64,000 nt of DNA from Anaerolineales bacterium (GCA_035455265.1 DATIFK010000012.1:6035-70034), one strand, 5' to 3'. Positions 33,475 through 43,412 are shown, counted from the stretch's first letter. Program-made: numbers and translations. Notes: a model not told the origin generated them from the sequence alone.

Positions 33475-34368
33475 ATGCAGAACGCAGCCCTGTACGCTCT
33501 CACAACCCTGATTTGGGGATCCACGTGGCTGGCGATTACGTTCCAGTTGGGGGTGGTCGCCCCGGAGGCGTCCGTCGTCTACCGCTTCGGGCTGGCGTCG
33601 CTGATCCTGATGGCGTACGCCGGGTTGCGACGATTGCCGATGCGCTACCGCCTGCGAGACCACGTCTTCATCGCGCTCCAGGGGATATTCCTCTTCTGCC
33701 TCAACTACATCACGGTCTACCTGGCCGAGCAGCGCCTGGCGAGCGGTCTGGTGGCCATCGTCTTCGCGACGCTGACGCTGTGCAACGTCGTGCTGGCGGC
33801 TGTGTTCCTGCGCAATGCCATCAAGCCGAGGGTCGTGCTGGGTGGCCTGCTGGGCCTCGTCGGGCTGACGTTGGTTTTCTGGCGCGAACTGGCCGGGCTT
33901 TCGTTTGCGGGCGAGTGGCGCCTGGGACTCGGGCTTTCGCTCGCCGCCGTGCTCTCGGCCTCCATCGGCAACATCGTGGCGGCGCGGAACCAGCGCGCCG
34001 GTTTGCCGGTGGTGCAGACGAACGCCTACGGGATGGCCTACGGCGCGCTGGCCACGTTCGGCATTGCCCTGGTGCGGGGTGTCCCGTTCGCCTTCGACCC
34101 CTCGCCCGGCTACATCGCCTCGCTGCTGTACCTTGCGATCTTCGGTTCGGTGGTGGCCTTCGGTGCCTACCTGACCCTGGTGGGCCGTATCGGCGTCGCG
34201 CGGGCCGGCTATGTCGCCGTCATCTTCCCCCTGGTGGCGCTGGGGCTGTCCTGGCTCTTCGAGGGCCTGCAGCTGAACCTGCAGGTGCTGTTGGGCGTGC
34301 TGCTCGTCGCCGGTGGAAACGTGCTAGTGCTCAGCCGCCGGTCAGCCGCGGCTCCCGACTCGCACTAG
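33475..34368 (+). CDS. DMT-superfamily (EamA-like) transporter
   Basis: Ten-TM-like profile with two EamA halves. Start placed at the internal ATG ([18 protein letters not shown]). Confidence 0.8.
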   Translation: MQNAALYALTTLIWGSTWLAITFQLGVVAPEASVVYRFGLASLILMAYAGLRRLPMRYRLRDHVFIALQGIFLFCLNYITVYLAEQRLASGLVAIVFATLTLCNVVLAAVFLRNAIKPRVVLGGLLGLVGLTLVFWRELAGLSFAGEWRLGLGLSLAAVLSASIGNIVAARNQRAGLPVVQTNAYGMAYGALATFGIALVRGVPFAFDPSPGYIASLLYLAIFGSVVAFGAYLTLVGRIGVARAGYVAVIFPLVALGLSWLFEGLQLNLQVLLGVLLVAGGNVLVLSRRSAAAPDSH

Positions 34369-34439
34369 CCCCGGCCGCGGCCTCGCGCCACCCTGGCGTA
34401 TCCGCCCGACGGGTGGGCCTATAATCGAACCGGGGATCG

Positions 34440-35123
34440 ATGGACGATTCGCCCGAACGGCGGGCCCAGCGCGCCCGGATGGTGGACTATCAGCTGCGGG
34501 GACGGGACATCACCGACCCTGGCGTGTTGGAAGTGATGGGGCGGGTCCCTCGTCACCTGTTCGTCCCGCAGGACTCATCTCACCTGGCCTACAGCGACAT
34601 GCCGCTGCCCATCGGGCAGCGGCAGACCATTTCCCAGCCCTACATCGTCGCCCTGATGACACAGTGCCTGGAGTTGAAGGGGGGAGAAACGGTACTGGAG
34701 GTCGGCACCGGCTCCGGCTACCAGGCGGCGGTGTTGGCCGGCCTGGCGCGCAAGGTGTACACCCTGGAGCGCTTGCCGGAGTTGGCCGACCGCGCCCGCA
34801 AGCTTCTTCAGCATCTCGGTCTGAGCAACGTCGAGGTGCGTCAGGTCGACGGCTCCGGCGGGTTGCCGGAACATGCGCCTTACGATGCCATCATCGTGAC
34901 CGCCGCGGCGCCGCGGCCGCCGCAACCGCTCCTCGATCAACTGGCCGATGGCGGACGGCTATTGATTCCTGTAGGGGGCGTGGACGGCCAGATGCTGGAA
35001 CGCTGGCGCCGCCACAGCGGCCGCGTCGATGGCGAACGGATCGTCCCCGTGGCGTTCGTGCCGCTCGTCGGCGAATTCGGCTGGCGGGCGGACCTGCGGC
35101 CGATGCCGGAAGAGGAGTGCTGA
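34440..35123 (+). CDS. pcm: protein-L-isoaspartate O-methyltransferase
   Basis: TISQPYIVALM and VLEVGTGSGYQAAVLA motifs. Confidence 0.9.
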   Translation: MDDSPERRAQRARMVDYQLRGRDITDPGVLEVMGRVPRHLFVPQDSSHLAYSDMPLPIGQRQTISQPYIVALMTQCLELKGGETVLEVGTGSGYQAAVLAGLARKVYTLERLPELADRARKLLQHLGLSNVEVRQVDGSGGLPEHAPYDAIIVTAAAPRPPQPLLDQLADGGRLLIPVGGVDGQMLERWRRHSGRVDGERIVPVAFVPLVGEFGWRADLRPMPEEEC

Positions 35124-35130
35124 AGAAAGC

Positions 35131-35268
35131 TGTCAGTGGTCAGCGGTCAGCGAGCGGTCTTTCAGTTCCCAGTTTCCAGTTCCCAGTTTCCAGTCCCCAG
35201 TCTCCAATCCCTAATCCCCAACCTACCTTCCTCCCCCTCTGACGGCTGACCACTCATCACTCACCACC
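35131..35268. repeat. about 13-unit heptanucleotide array enclosed by complementary outer arms
   Basis: TGTCAGT GGTCAGC GGTCAGC ... TTCCCAG TTTCCAG TTCCCAG TTTCCAG TCCCCAG TCTCCAA TCCCTAA TCCCCAA, followed by ctgacggctgaccactcatcactcaccacc, which is complementary to the first units. Confidence 0.85.
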
Positions 35269-37578
35269 GGTCTTGTAGTGCGCCACCGCGATGCCGGCTT
35301 CTCCATCCATCACCAGCTCTAGAGTCGGTCTCGATGGAAGATCCTGCAGGTCGACGACGATGAGGCCGCTGGACCAGCCGGCCTCCTCGGGCACCAAGCG
35401 GGCCAGCTGGTTGGGGGCGCTGAGCAGCGCCTCGGGGTTGAACACCGTCTGCGGGTCGTCGAGCTCCAGGGCGAGCGGGTAGATGTGCGCCTCGACGAGG
35501 TCCTGGAAGAAGTGCGTTCCGTAGGACGGTTGCGAGGGCTCCTCGCCGGAGTGGATTTCGACCAGCGCTCGAGCGTTGTAGATGTCGCCGTACGTGACCG
35601 GCACACCCAACTCCGGGTTGGTGCTGCCCCAGCGACCCGGGCCGAGCAGCACGAAGCGCTCCTTGGCCAGGCGCTGGTTGACGCGCCCGACGGCTCGCGC
35701 CAGGGCCTTGCGCTGCTCGACACGCCCCAGGCCGGCGTAGGCCTCGCCCGGGAGGTAGACGACGTAGCGCACGCCGGACACGCGTCCGTCGGGGACAAGG
35801 CGGTGGGCGCGGAACAGGACGCTCTCGGCCGGTAGCGACTCGGGAGCGCGGGCGGCTTCCGCCTCGACGCGGCTGGTGGGTCTGCACTGCAGCAGGCACA
35901 CCTGCAAGTCGGCCTCCCCCGTGTCGTCGAGTTCGAGCAGCAAAGCAAACTCGACGTCGACCGGGGAGTTGTAGGCCGATTCCAACTGCTGTAGAAGTCG
36001 TCGGATCCGATCGACGAAGGGTGTCCGGCGTAGCAATCCTTCCAGCGTGACAATCAGTTCTTGCGCGTCCACCTTGAGGGGCCGGCTGACGAGGTCCTCG
36101 ACCAGGCCCTCCCGGTACATCTGTGCGATCCAGCGCAGTCTCGGGCCGTGCAGGGGCAACACAGCGGAGACGTCGACCGTCTGGAAGGCGTTGGCCTCCA
36201 GGTCGATCAGATCCACGTAGCGCTGGGAGACGTGACGGATGCGCCGCGGGTCGGGCCCCGGGCGCAGATCGGGGTGACTCAATGCGATCAGCCGCGGGTA
36301 GTCGCCGGCGTGCTGCTCGACGGCGCGCGTGCCCAGCCCCCAGACCATGCGCACCAGGCCGGCATGCCGGTCGATGCGCGGGCTCCAACGAAACGGGTTG
36401 CGCGAAAAGGCCACGCCGGCGGCGTCCGGCATGAACATCGCCCCGGTCCGTCTCCCCTCCACCTCCTGAATCAGGACCGCCATGCGCTCGTCGTAGTCGA
36501 GCAGGCCCATCTGGCGCCGGTAGAGCAGGACGTCCGGGCTGTACACGCTGGCGTAGACGCGGGCGACGGCGCCCAGCAGGGACCGCAGGTTCTCCTGGTC
36601 GGAACTCTGGTTCGGGCAGAAACGGCTCTCATACTTGCCGGCGAACGAGAAGCCGAACGAGTCCTCCAGCAGGCTCGACGAGCGGACGATCAACGGGACG
36701 CCGTTGGCCTCGCGCACGACGGTGCGAAGCCCTTCGACAACCTCGTCGGGGAAGCTGCCTTCCGAGAAGCGTTGGCGCGCCGCCGGGAAGGCGGCGCGGA
36801 TTTCGGGTTCCTGGCGGTACTTCTGGTTGCTCAGATCCAGCAGGGCGTTGAGTTGGATGAACTGATAGAAGACGTCCGCGCCCAGAAACCAGGAGCGGGG
36901 AACGCGCAGGTGGGAGGTCAGGTCGGGGTCGCCGGTCTTGCGCAGGATGCACGCCGCCAGCACCAGTCCGGCGGCCTTGCCTCCGATCTTGCCCCGGCCG
37001 ATGCGGCGAGCGCGCACCGACTGCAGGTCGGCCATGTCGAACCAGTCGCGCGCGACGCCGACATAGCCGAGGTGGTCGCTGATCATCGCCTTGGTCAGGA
37101 CGACCTTGATCTCCTTGAGGTGGTGTTCGATCCGCTGGCGGGCCGGCGCGTCGAGGGCCTCGTACGCTTCGCCCTGCGCGAAGAGCATGTCCCACGGCGC
37201 CAACTCGGGGTGGAAGGTGAGGACGACGTCCTCGGCTGGCAGGCGTTCCGCCAGGGTCTGCCGGACGAGATCCTCGAAGTCCTCGTGCGGGAGGTTGTAG
37301 GCGAAGTAGAAGTCGGTCAGGTGGTCGCGGATGATCGCCAGCCGGGAAGACCAGACCTCGGGGGGCTCCTGGGTGAGCGGATCGGCCAGCCCCTCGCGCT
37401 GTTGCGACTCGACGGCCTTCTCCTGAACCTCGGCCTCGAGCGCTTCGGCGGTGACGACACGTCGGCGAATCAGCTCCTGCCGCATTCGCTCTCGGATCCG
37501 CGAGGCGAGGATCGGGTAACGCTGCAGCTCCAGGTAGATCATCAAGGCGCGAGGGTACTGGCGAGAGTCGAGGGTCAT
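35257..37578 (-). CDS. PEP/pyruvate-binding domain protein (PPDK/PEP synthase N-terminal-like), 773 aa
   Basis: GGKAAGL and VRSSSLLEDS motifs of the PPDK_N ATP-grasp domain. The long N- and C-terminal regions have no recognised domains. Confidence 0.7.
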   Translation of the reverse strand: MTLDSRQYPRALMIYLELQRYPILASRIRERMRQELIRRRVVTAEALEAEVQEKAVESQQREGLADPLTQEPPEVWSSRLAIIRDHLTDFYFAYNLPHEDFEDLVRQTLAERLPAEDVVLTFHPELAPWDMLFAQGEAYEALDAPARQRIEHHLKEIKVVLTKAMISDHLGYVGVARDWFDMADLQSVRARRIGRGKIGGKAAGLVLAACILRKTGDPDLTSHLRVPRSWFLGADVFYQFIQLNALLDLSNQKYRQEPEIRAAFPAARQRFSEGSFPDEVVEGLRTVVREANGVPLIVRSSSLLEDSFGFSFAGKYESRFCPNQSSDQENLRSLLGAVARVYASVYSPDVLLYRRQMGLLDYDERMAVLIQEVEGRRTGAMFMPDAAGVAFSRNPFRWSPRIDRHAGLVRMVWGLGTRAVEQHAGDYPRLIALSHPDLRPGPDPRRIRHVSQRYVDLIDLEANAFQTVDVSAVLPLHGPRLRWIAQMYREGLVEDLVSRPLKVDAQELIVTLEGLLRRTPFVDRIRRLLQQLESAYNSPVDVEFALLLELDDTGEADLQVCLLQCRPTSRVEAEAARAPESLPAESVLFRAHRLVPDGRVSGVRYVVYLPGEAYAGLGRVEQRKALARAVGRVNQRLAKERFVLLGPGRWGSTNPELGVPVTYGDIYNARALVEIHSGEEPSQPSYGTHFFQDLVEAHIYPLALELDDPQTVFNPEALLSAPNQLARLVPEEAGWSSGLIVVDLQDLPSRPTLELVMDGEAGIAVAHYKTGGE

Positions 37579-37583
37579 AAGAG

Positions 37584-37680
37584 CAGTCTTCAGTTGTCAG
37601 TCCTCAGTTATCAGTCAAACCCAGGTCGCCCTCGGTGGTCTTAACTGACAACTGATGACTGACGACTGACGACTCCTGAG
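37584..37680. repeat. heptad-type inverted repeat pair
   Basis: cagtcttcagttgtcagtcctcagttatcagtcaaac ... ttaactgacaactgatgactgacgactgacgactcctgag. Confidence 0.8.
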
Positions 37681-37682
37681 GG

Positions 37683-39197
37683 TCACGCGTAGCTGACGCT
37701 GCTTTCCACGGTCGGCAGGAACGTCGGCGATCTGCGAATCCGAGTCGCTTGCTCGAAGGCGTAGCCGAGTCGTATCAACAAGGGTTCCTTCCAGGCCCGG
37801 GCGATGAACGACAACCCGATGGGAAGTCCGGCGACGAAGCCAGCCGGAACGGTCAGGTGCGGGTATCCCGCCACGGCCGGCGGCGACGTGCTCTCCATGT
37901 CCCAGCTGCGAGGATCGCCATTGACGAGATCGACGGCCCAGGCCGGACCGCCGGAAATGCAGACCAGCGCGTCGAGGTGGTGCTTTCGGAGCACGGCGTC
38001 GAGGCCGTCGCGGCGGGTCAGACGGTGGTTGCGGGCCAGCGCCTGGCGGTAGGTCTTGCTCGAGAGCGGACCCTTGGCCTCGGCGTCGGTCATGCGTTCC
38101 TGGCCGAAGAACGGCATGACCTGTTGGCGATGATCCTCGTTGAAGCGGATGACGTCCTTGAGCGAGTGCACGCGCGCCTTGCGCCCGCGCCCGGCGAGGT
38201 AGCGATTGAGGTCGGCCTTGAACTCGAACAACAAGACGTCGATCTCGCTCGGGCCGAAGCGGTCGTAGTTCGGGACGTTGGCCGGGTCGACCAGAACCGC
38301 CCCCATGCGCTGGAGGACGTCCAGGCTGGCTTCGAGGATGCGAACCAGGCGCGAGTCCGAGCCGAGCATGTTGCGGGCGACGCCGATGCGCGCTCCCTGA
38401 AGGCCGCGCGGGTCGAGGAAGGCCGTGTAGTCGCGAGGAGCGCGCCTGGAGGAAGACCGCGTCGCGGGATCGCCTGCGTCGGCCCCGGTGAGGGCCCCGA
38501 GCAGGAGGGCCAGGTCTTCGACCGTGCGGGCCATCGGTCCGGGGGTGTCCTGGCTGTGGGCGATCGGAATGACGCCGCTCCGGCTGAGCAGGCCCAAGGT
38601 GGGCTTGAGCCCGACGATGCCGTTGGTCTGCGACGGGCAGATGATCGAGCCGTCGGTTTCCGTGCCGACGGCCGCGGCGCACAGGTCGGCGGCGACCGCC
38701 ACGGCGGAGCCGGACGAGGAGCCGCAGGCCGAGCGGTCGAGAGCGTAGGGATTGCGTGTCAGACCGCCGCGCGTCGACCAGCCGCTGACGGAGCGCTTGC
38801 CGCGGAAGTTGGCCCACTCGCTGAGGTTGGCCTTCCCCAGAAGGAGCGCCCCGGCGGCGCGCAGGCGGCGGACGATGTGGGCGTCGCGCCTGGGTGTCGA
38901 GCCCTCCAGCGCCGGCGAACCGGCGGTGGTCTGCATGCGGTCGTGCGTGTCGATGTTGTCTTTGATCAGGATGGGGATGCCGTGCAGCCGCCCGCGCACC
39001 CGCCCCTGCAGGCGCTCGCGGTCGAGGGTTTCGGCGATGGCCATTGCATCAGGATTGACCTCCATGACGGCGTGCAAGGCCGGGCCGCCGCGATCGAGGG
39101 CCTCGATCCGCTCGAGGTAGCGCTGAGTCAGGCCAACCGCGGTGAGCTCGCCGGCGGCCATCTTGTCCTGCAGTTCGCGGATCCCGAGTTCGGCCAT
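37683..39197 (-). CDS. amidase (amidase-signature family)
   Basis: AS signature GSSSGSAVAVAA and GIPILIKDNI blocks. Confidence 0.88.
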   Translation of the reverse strand: MAELGIRELQDKMAAGELTAVGLTQRYLERIEALDRGGPALHAVMEVNPDAMAIAETLDRERLQGRVRGRLHGIPILIKDNIDTHDRMQTTAGSPALEGSTPRRDAHIVRRLRAAGALLLGKANLSEWANFRGKRSVSGWSTRGGLTRNPYALDRSACGSSSGSAVAVAADLCAAAVGTETDGSIICPSQTNGIVGLKPTLGLLSRSGVIPIAHSQDTPGPMARTVEDLALLLGALTGADAGDPATRSSSRRAPRDYTAFLDPRGLQGARIGVARNMLGSDSRLVRILEASLDVLQRMGAVLVDPANVPNYDRFGPSEIDVLLFEFKADLNRYLAGRGRKARVHSLKDVIRFNEDHRQQVMPFFGQERMTDAEAKGPLSSKTYRQALARNHRLTRRDGLDAVLRKHHLDALVCISGGPAWAVDLVNGDPRSWDMESTSPPAVAGYPHLTVPAGFVAGLPIGLSFIARAWKEPLLIRLGYAFEQATRIRRSPTFLPTVESSVSYA

Positions 39198-39210
39198 GAC
39201 GTACCTCGAG

Positions 39211-39293
39211 GAGTCGTCAGTCGTCAGTCTTCAGTTCTCAGTAAGACCAATTCGATACCCGACAACTGACAACTGATGACTGACAACTGATGG
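39211..39293. repeat. heptad-type inverted repeat pair
   Basis: gagtcgtcagtcgtcagtcttcagttctcagtaag ... gacaactgacaactgatgactgacaactgatgg. Confidence 0.8.
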
Positions 39294-39623
39294 CTACTTA
39301 GGAGGGAGGGTCCGGGCGAAGCCCACGCCAAGATCGACCCATTTCTTCAACGCGGCCGGACTGCGGGTACCGCCGGGCCCGACCAGCACCCAACCCTTCG
39401 ACGGCCGCCCGGTCAGGGCGAACGGGCGCGCGTGGGGAGCTTTGACGGCGGCTTCGTGGCCGTCTGGCCCGACACGCACCAGGAGGTCTTCCCCCAACAC
39501 GCCCACGGCCATGTTGCCGCCAATCAGGAAACCGACGCCGCCAAACTGCTCCCTCTCGGTCAGGCTGGATTGACGGGCCAGAGCCTTCCGGACGCGCCCG
39601 GCCAGCTTTGCATCAAAAGGCAT
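39294..39623 (-). CDS. TfoX/Sxy N-terminal domain protein
   Basis: Pattern EREQFGGVGFLIGGNMAVGV...LLVRV. GGAGG about 8 nt upstream of the ATG. Confidence 0.65.
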   Translation of the reverse strand: MPFDAKLAGRVRKALARQSSLTEREQFGGVGFLIGGNMAVGVLGEDLLVRVGPDGHEAAVKAPHARPFALTGRPSKGWVLVGPGGTRSPAALKKWVDLGVGFARTLPPK

Positions 39624-39639
39624 GGCCTCGCCTCCGCGG

Positions 39640-40035
39640 CTAGCCGTCGGCGTCTTTGCCGCCGACGCGCCGGATGGTCACCGAAGGTTCACCTTCCTTG
39701 CGGAACTGCAGAACGTCCGGGTGGGAATCGGCGTAGGACGCCAGGCCCTTGCTGTCCCACGATTGCCGTCCTTTGTTCCACACCGCTTGGAAGACGGCGC
39801 CGCGCACACTTTCCCCCTGGCTGAGAACTTCGGCCTTGATCTCCTTCTCAAGCGCTTCGATCGATGCCTGGGCCGCCTCGCCCTTCTGACTGAACTCCGC
39901 CTCGATCTCGTCCAGCCGGGCTTTGACCTCGGGAGGCAGAACCTGGTCGATCAGCTTCTGCTTGTCTTTCTGCAACGCCTCCATTTGACGATGGAGCTCG
40001 GCAAGTTGGTCCAACTTCTGGCCGACGGCGAGCAT
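39640..40035 (-). CDS. hypothetical coiled-coil protein (131 aa)
   Basis: Strong AAGGAGGG Shine-Dalgarno block 8 nt upstream. Heptad-rich N-terminal half. No family recognised. Confidence 0.55.
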   Translation of the reverse strand: MLAVGQKLDQLAELHRQMEALQKDKQKLIDQVLPPEVKARLDEIEAEFSQKGEAAQASIEALEKEIKAEVLSQGESVRGAVFQAVWNKGRQSWDSKGLASYADSHPDVLQFRKEGEPSVTIRRVGGKDADG

Positions 40036-40222
40036 ACCGGTACCCTCCTTTGGCGATCTCGAGCGCAGTCCTTACACTCTAGGCGAACTTGGAGGGCATG
40101 GCAAGGGTGGAAGTCGCCGCCAGATGTAGGGGCGAAGGCACACCCGTCTCGAGCGCAGAGAGGGATGCTTCGCCCCTACTGTCCACTTTGGACCGCTGCG
40201 GTGCCTGCGAGGGGATCGCTCG

Positions 40223-40450
40223 TTATGCGCCTCCCCGAATCCGCGGTCCGCTCAGCGGGGCACCGAACAACGGGGCGAACAGGCACACATCCACCAGCCC
40301 GGCGATAAGGGGCACGGCACCCACCACGCCGACGACCACGGACGCGGCGCCGTGGAGCCCGAGGACGGCCCAGGCGATCAACGCGATCCCCGCGGCGATT
40401 CGCACGATCCGTCCCGTTCCCGAAGCCATGAAAGCCACGAAACTGTTCAT
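40223..40450 (-). CDS. DUF2892 (YgaP-like) small membrane protein
   Basis: Two TM helices ending in PLIAGLVDVCLFAPLFG. AAGGAGAG Shine-Dalgarno block upstream of the internal ATG (MNSF). Confidence 0.65.
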   Translation of the reverse strand: MNSFVAFMASGTGRIVRIAAGIALIAWAVLGLHGAASVVVGVVGAVPLIAGLVDVCLFAPLFGAPLSGPRIRGGA

Positions 40451-40526
40451 CCGACTCTCTCCTTGGTGATCCACACCATCTTGATCGACAGTGTAGGGGA
40501 AAGCCGGTGCGATGTCCGTGACAAAG

Positions 40527-41201
40527 TCACGCTCGGGAGCGAGCCGCCAGCTTGTCTGGATCGACGACCTCGATCAGGCCGCGGGAGACGCGGATCAGGC
40601 CCTGAGCGGCGAAGTCCTCCAGAATCCGGCTGACGACCTCGCGTGCGCTGCCGAGCTCAGCGGCGACCTCCTGGTGCGTCAAGCGCAGCGGTCCGGCGAG
40701 ACGGCTTCGCTCGAGCAGGAACGCCGCCAGGCGGGCGTCCATGCGCCGAAAGGCCACCTCCTCCACGACGGCCATCACGCTCACCAGCCGTTGCGACAGC
40801 AGGTCGAAAAGGAACGAGCGCCACAGATCGTAGCGGCGAACCCATTCGCGAAAGGCGTCGGCCGGGACCATGACGGCCTCGGCGTCCTGCTCGACCGTGG
40901 CGATCGCCGGGAAGGTCTGATGGTTGAGGATGGCATTGGCCGTGAGGATGCATGACTGCCCCAGGCCGAAACGGTAGAGTGTGATCTCTCGCCCGGTTTC
41001 GCCGATCTGGTAGACCCGGACGACCCCGGAGACCAGCAAGGCGATGGCGTGGACCCGGTCGCCCTCGACGAAGACGTCTTTCCCCGCCGGGATGCGGGCC
41101 AGATAGGCCGTCTGCTGGAAATCCTGCAGGAGGTGCGGGTCTGCCCCGCGCAGGAACGGCAGGGCGGGCAGGACCCGCGGTAGGTCGGCGGAGTCAATCA
41201 T
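40527..41201 (-). CDS. Crp/Fnr-family transcriptional regulator
   Basis: N-terminal cNMP-binding fold and C-terminal HTH LTHQEVAAELGSAREVVSRILEDFAAQGLI. Confidence 0.88.
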   Translation of the reverse strand: MIDSADLPRVLPALPFLRGADPHLLQDFQQTAYLARIPAGKDVFVEGDRVHAIALLVSGVVRVYQIGETGREITLYRFGLGQSCILTANAILNHQTFPAIATVEQDAEAVMVPADAFREWVRRYDLWRSFLFDLLSQRLVSVMAVVEEVAFRRMDARLAAFLLERSRLAGPLRLTHQEVAAELGSAREVVSRILEDFAAQGLIRVSRGLIEVVDPDKLAARSRA

Positions 41202-41269
41202 GTGTCTGCCGCGCCCAAGATGGTCGGGTCGATGGGCCTTTCCTCGACGCGCTGGCCACCGCGTTCACC

Positions 41270-41989
41270 TCACCGTGTGGACCGAGCCAGGCGTGGAAGC
41301 CAGGCCTGCGTCGCCTCCCCGATCTCGCGCAGGACGTCGTCGTCGGTGCGCCCGGAGGACTTGAGCACATGGAGACCGTGGTCGGCCGCCTCGAGCCAGT
41401 GCATCGTCCAATCGGCGGTCACCGTTTGCAGCGTTTGTTCCATCAGATCGCGACGGCAAAGGCTGTCGCGTGTGCCGTTGAAACACAACACGGGGAGGCG
41501 AAGCTTCGGAAGGTGAGCGTCCCGTAGGCGCTCGGGCCGGCCGGCTGGGTGGAGCGGGTAAGCGAGGAGAAGCAGTCCGTCGCAGGCGAAGCCGGTGGCC
41601 GCCAGCATCGACGCGGCGCGCCCGCCCATCGATCGCCCACCGAGAATCAGGCAGGAGGGATGCAGCTCCTGGCGCACGAAAGCAACGACCGAAGCCAAGC
41701 AGGCCTGGAGCTGCGGCATGGGATCGGGCCGGCGCGAGCCTCGCTCGCGGTAGAGGAAGTTGAACCGGACGATCGACACTCCGCAGCGCTGAAAGACCGG
41801 GACCAGGCTGACCATGCCGCGGTCGTCCATATGGCCGCCGGCGCCGTGTGCGCAAATGAAGACGAGGCCCTTCGATCCCGAATCAGGCGCCGGGTCGAAG
41901 ATCGCCGAAACTGAGTCTCCGCTCTCGAGAGGGACTCGCAATTCCTGAGTCATCAGGTATCCGTCAACAGTCCTCCGTCGCCGGGTCAT
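41270..41989 (-). CDS. alpha/beta hydrolase (KANL3/Tex30-like, dienelactone hydrolase fold)
   Basis: AHGAGG, GGRSMGG nucleophile elbow and LAYPLHP blocks. Alternative start at 41953. Confidence 0.7.
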   Translation of the reverse strand: MTRRRRTVDGYLMTQELRVPLESGDSVSAIFDPAPDSGSKGLVFICAHGAGGHMDDRGMVSLVPVFQRCGVSIVRFNFLYRERGSRRPDPMPQLQACLASVVAFVRQELHPSCLILGGRSMGGRAASMLAATGFACDGLLLLAYPLHPAGRPERLRDAHLPKLRLPVLCFNGTRDSLCRRDLMEQTLQTVTADWTMHWLEAADHGLHVLKSSGRTDDDVLREIGEATQAWLPRLARSTR

Positions 41990-42019
41990 CCGGTCGGCGG
42001 CCCGAAACCTTCGACATCC

Positions 42020-42052
42020 GACTGAGGACTGACAACTGACAACTGGCGACTG
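42020..42052. repeat. heptad-type repeat (single arm) downstream of dnaN
   Basis: gactgaggactgacaactgacaactggcgactg. Confidence 0.6.
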
Positions 42053-42055
42053 TTC

Positions 42056-43189
42056 TCAGCGCCCCAGGTGCATGGGCATCACGACGTGTAGGAAGTCCTC
42101 GCGCCCCACCGGACGCAGTACGCCCGGGGACGAAGCCGTGTTCGTCTCGAGGGCGACGTTGGGGGTGTCGATGATACCCAGGACGTCGACGAGGAAGCGG
42201 ACGTTGAAGGCGATCTCAATGGGGCCGCCCTCGACGGTGGCGTCGACGATGGTTTCGTTCGACCCCGTCTCGGCCGAGGTGGCGGAGACGAGGACGCGGC
42301 CGGGCTCGAGGTCGCTGCCGGGGGTGATGCGCAGCCGGGCCGAGTGGGCCGCCTCGCGAGCGAAGATGTCGGCCGCCTTGCACGCTTTGAGAAAGGAGGA
42401 CGTTGGCAGGACGGTGCGTGTGGCCGAGGTCGCCGGGATGATGCCCTGGTAGTCGGGGAAATTGCCCTCGATGAGCTGCGACACCAGCTCGACGTTCTTC
42501 GACCGGAACAGAACCTGGCCGCGTGCCGGCGGCAGGATCATGGTGACGGTCTCATCACCGTCGCTGAGGATGCGCCCGAGTTCGGCCAAGGCGCGGGCGG
42601 GCACGATGGCGCGCAGTTTGCCCGCCCCCGGGGAAGACAGATGGGCTTTGCGCACCGACAGCCGGAAGCCGTCGGCCGCCGCCAGGGTCAGTTGGCCGTT
42701 GTCGATCTCCAGCAGGACCCCGGTCAGCACCGGTCGGGCGTCGTCGGTGGAGGCGGCGAAGGCCACCTGGTTGATCATCTCCTTCAGATCTTCGACGTTG
42801 AGGGTGACCCCCTCCTCCTCGGTGGCCTGGGGGAGAGGCGGGAACTCCTGGGCGTCGATGCCTTTCAGGTCGTTGTTGAAGGAGCCGCAGCGCACCTTGA
42901 GCGTCTGCGTGCGCACGACCAGCTCCATTTCCACCCGGTCGTTGGGCAGAGTGTTCACCAGGTCGACCAGAGTGCGGGCGGGCGCGGTCGTGGAGCCTTC
43001 CTCATCGATCTTGGCCCCGATCCAGCAGCTGATCCCGAGTTCCAGGTTGGTGGCCGTCAGCCGCAGGCGACCGTTGTCGGTGGCCAGCAAGACGTTGGCT
43101 AGAACCGGCAAGGTGCTGCGGGTGGCGACGGCGCGGGCAACGGTGCTCAGGCCGCGGGCGAGGTTCTCTTGCAGGCATGAGACTTTCAT
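42056..43189 (-). CDS. dnaN: DNA polymerase III beta sliding clamp
   Basis: MKVSCLQENLARGLSTVARAVATRSTLPVLANVLL with three-domain length (377 aa). Start placed at an internal ATG of the track ORF. Confidence 0.92.
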   Translation of the reverse strand: MKVSCLQENLARGLSTVARAVATRSTLPVLANVLLATDNGRLRLTATNLELGISCWIGAKIDEEGSTTAPARTLVDLVNTLPNDRVEMELVVRTQTLKVRCGSFNNDLKGIDAQEFPPLPQATEEEGVTLNVEDLKEMINQVAFAASTDDARPVLTGVLLEIDNGQLTLAAADGFRLSVRKAHLSSPGAGKLRAIVPARALAELGRILSDGDETVTMILPPARGQVLFRSKNVELVSQLIEGNFPDYQGIIPATSATRTVLPTSSFLKACKAADIFAREAAHSARLRITPGSDLEPGRVLVSATSAETGSNETIVDATVEGGPIEIAFNVRFLVDVLGIIDTPNVALETNTASSPGVLRPVGREDFLHVVMPMHLGR

Positions 43190-43293
43190 GCGGAGTCCAC
43201 CCCAGGGGTCGGCGTCGCGAGGAAGTATACAACGGAGCACCGCGACCGCGCGGCGACATCTGGCGGGTCGGCCCCGGAGGGTTTCCGAGGTTA

Positions 43294-43356
43294 TTCAGTT
43301 CCCAGTCTCCCGTGGGCCCCTGGGTGACCCTGACTGGAAACTGGCGACTGGCAACC
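43294..43356. repeat. heptad-type inverted repeat in the dnaN / histidine kinase divergent region
   Basis: ttcagttcccagtctcc ... ctgactggaaactggcgactggcaacc. Confidence 0.65.
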
Positions 43357-43412
43357 AGGCCTGCGGCCTGAGCTGGTGGACAGCCTCCACCATCGGGTAT
43401 AGATTAAGCCCC

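Noticed and set aside
32593-33663. N-terminal 357 aa of track ORF 31099..33663 (-), which would make an 854-aa protein.
   Set aside because: This part is antisense to the well-supported molybdopterin oxidoreductase gene (32704..33348 +) and crosses the palindromic element at 33370. A lipoprotein-type signal peptide begins at the internal Met (32592), which marks the true start.
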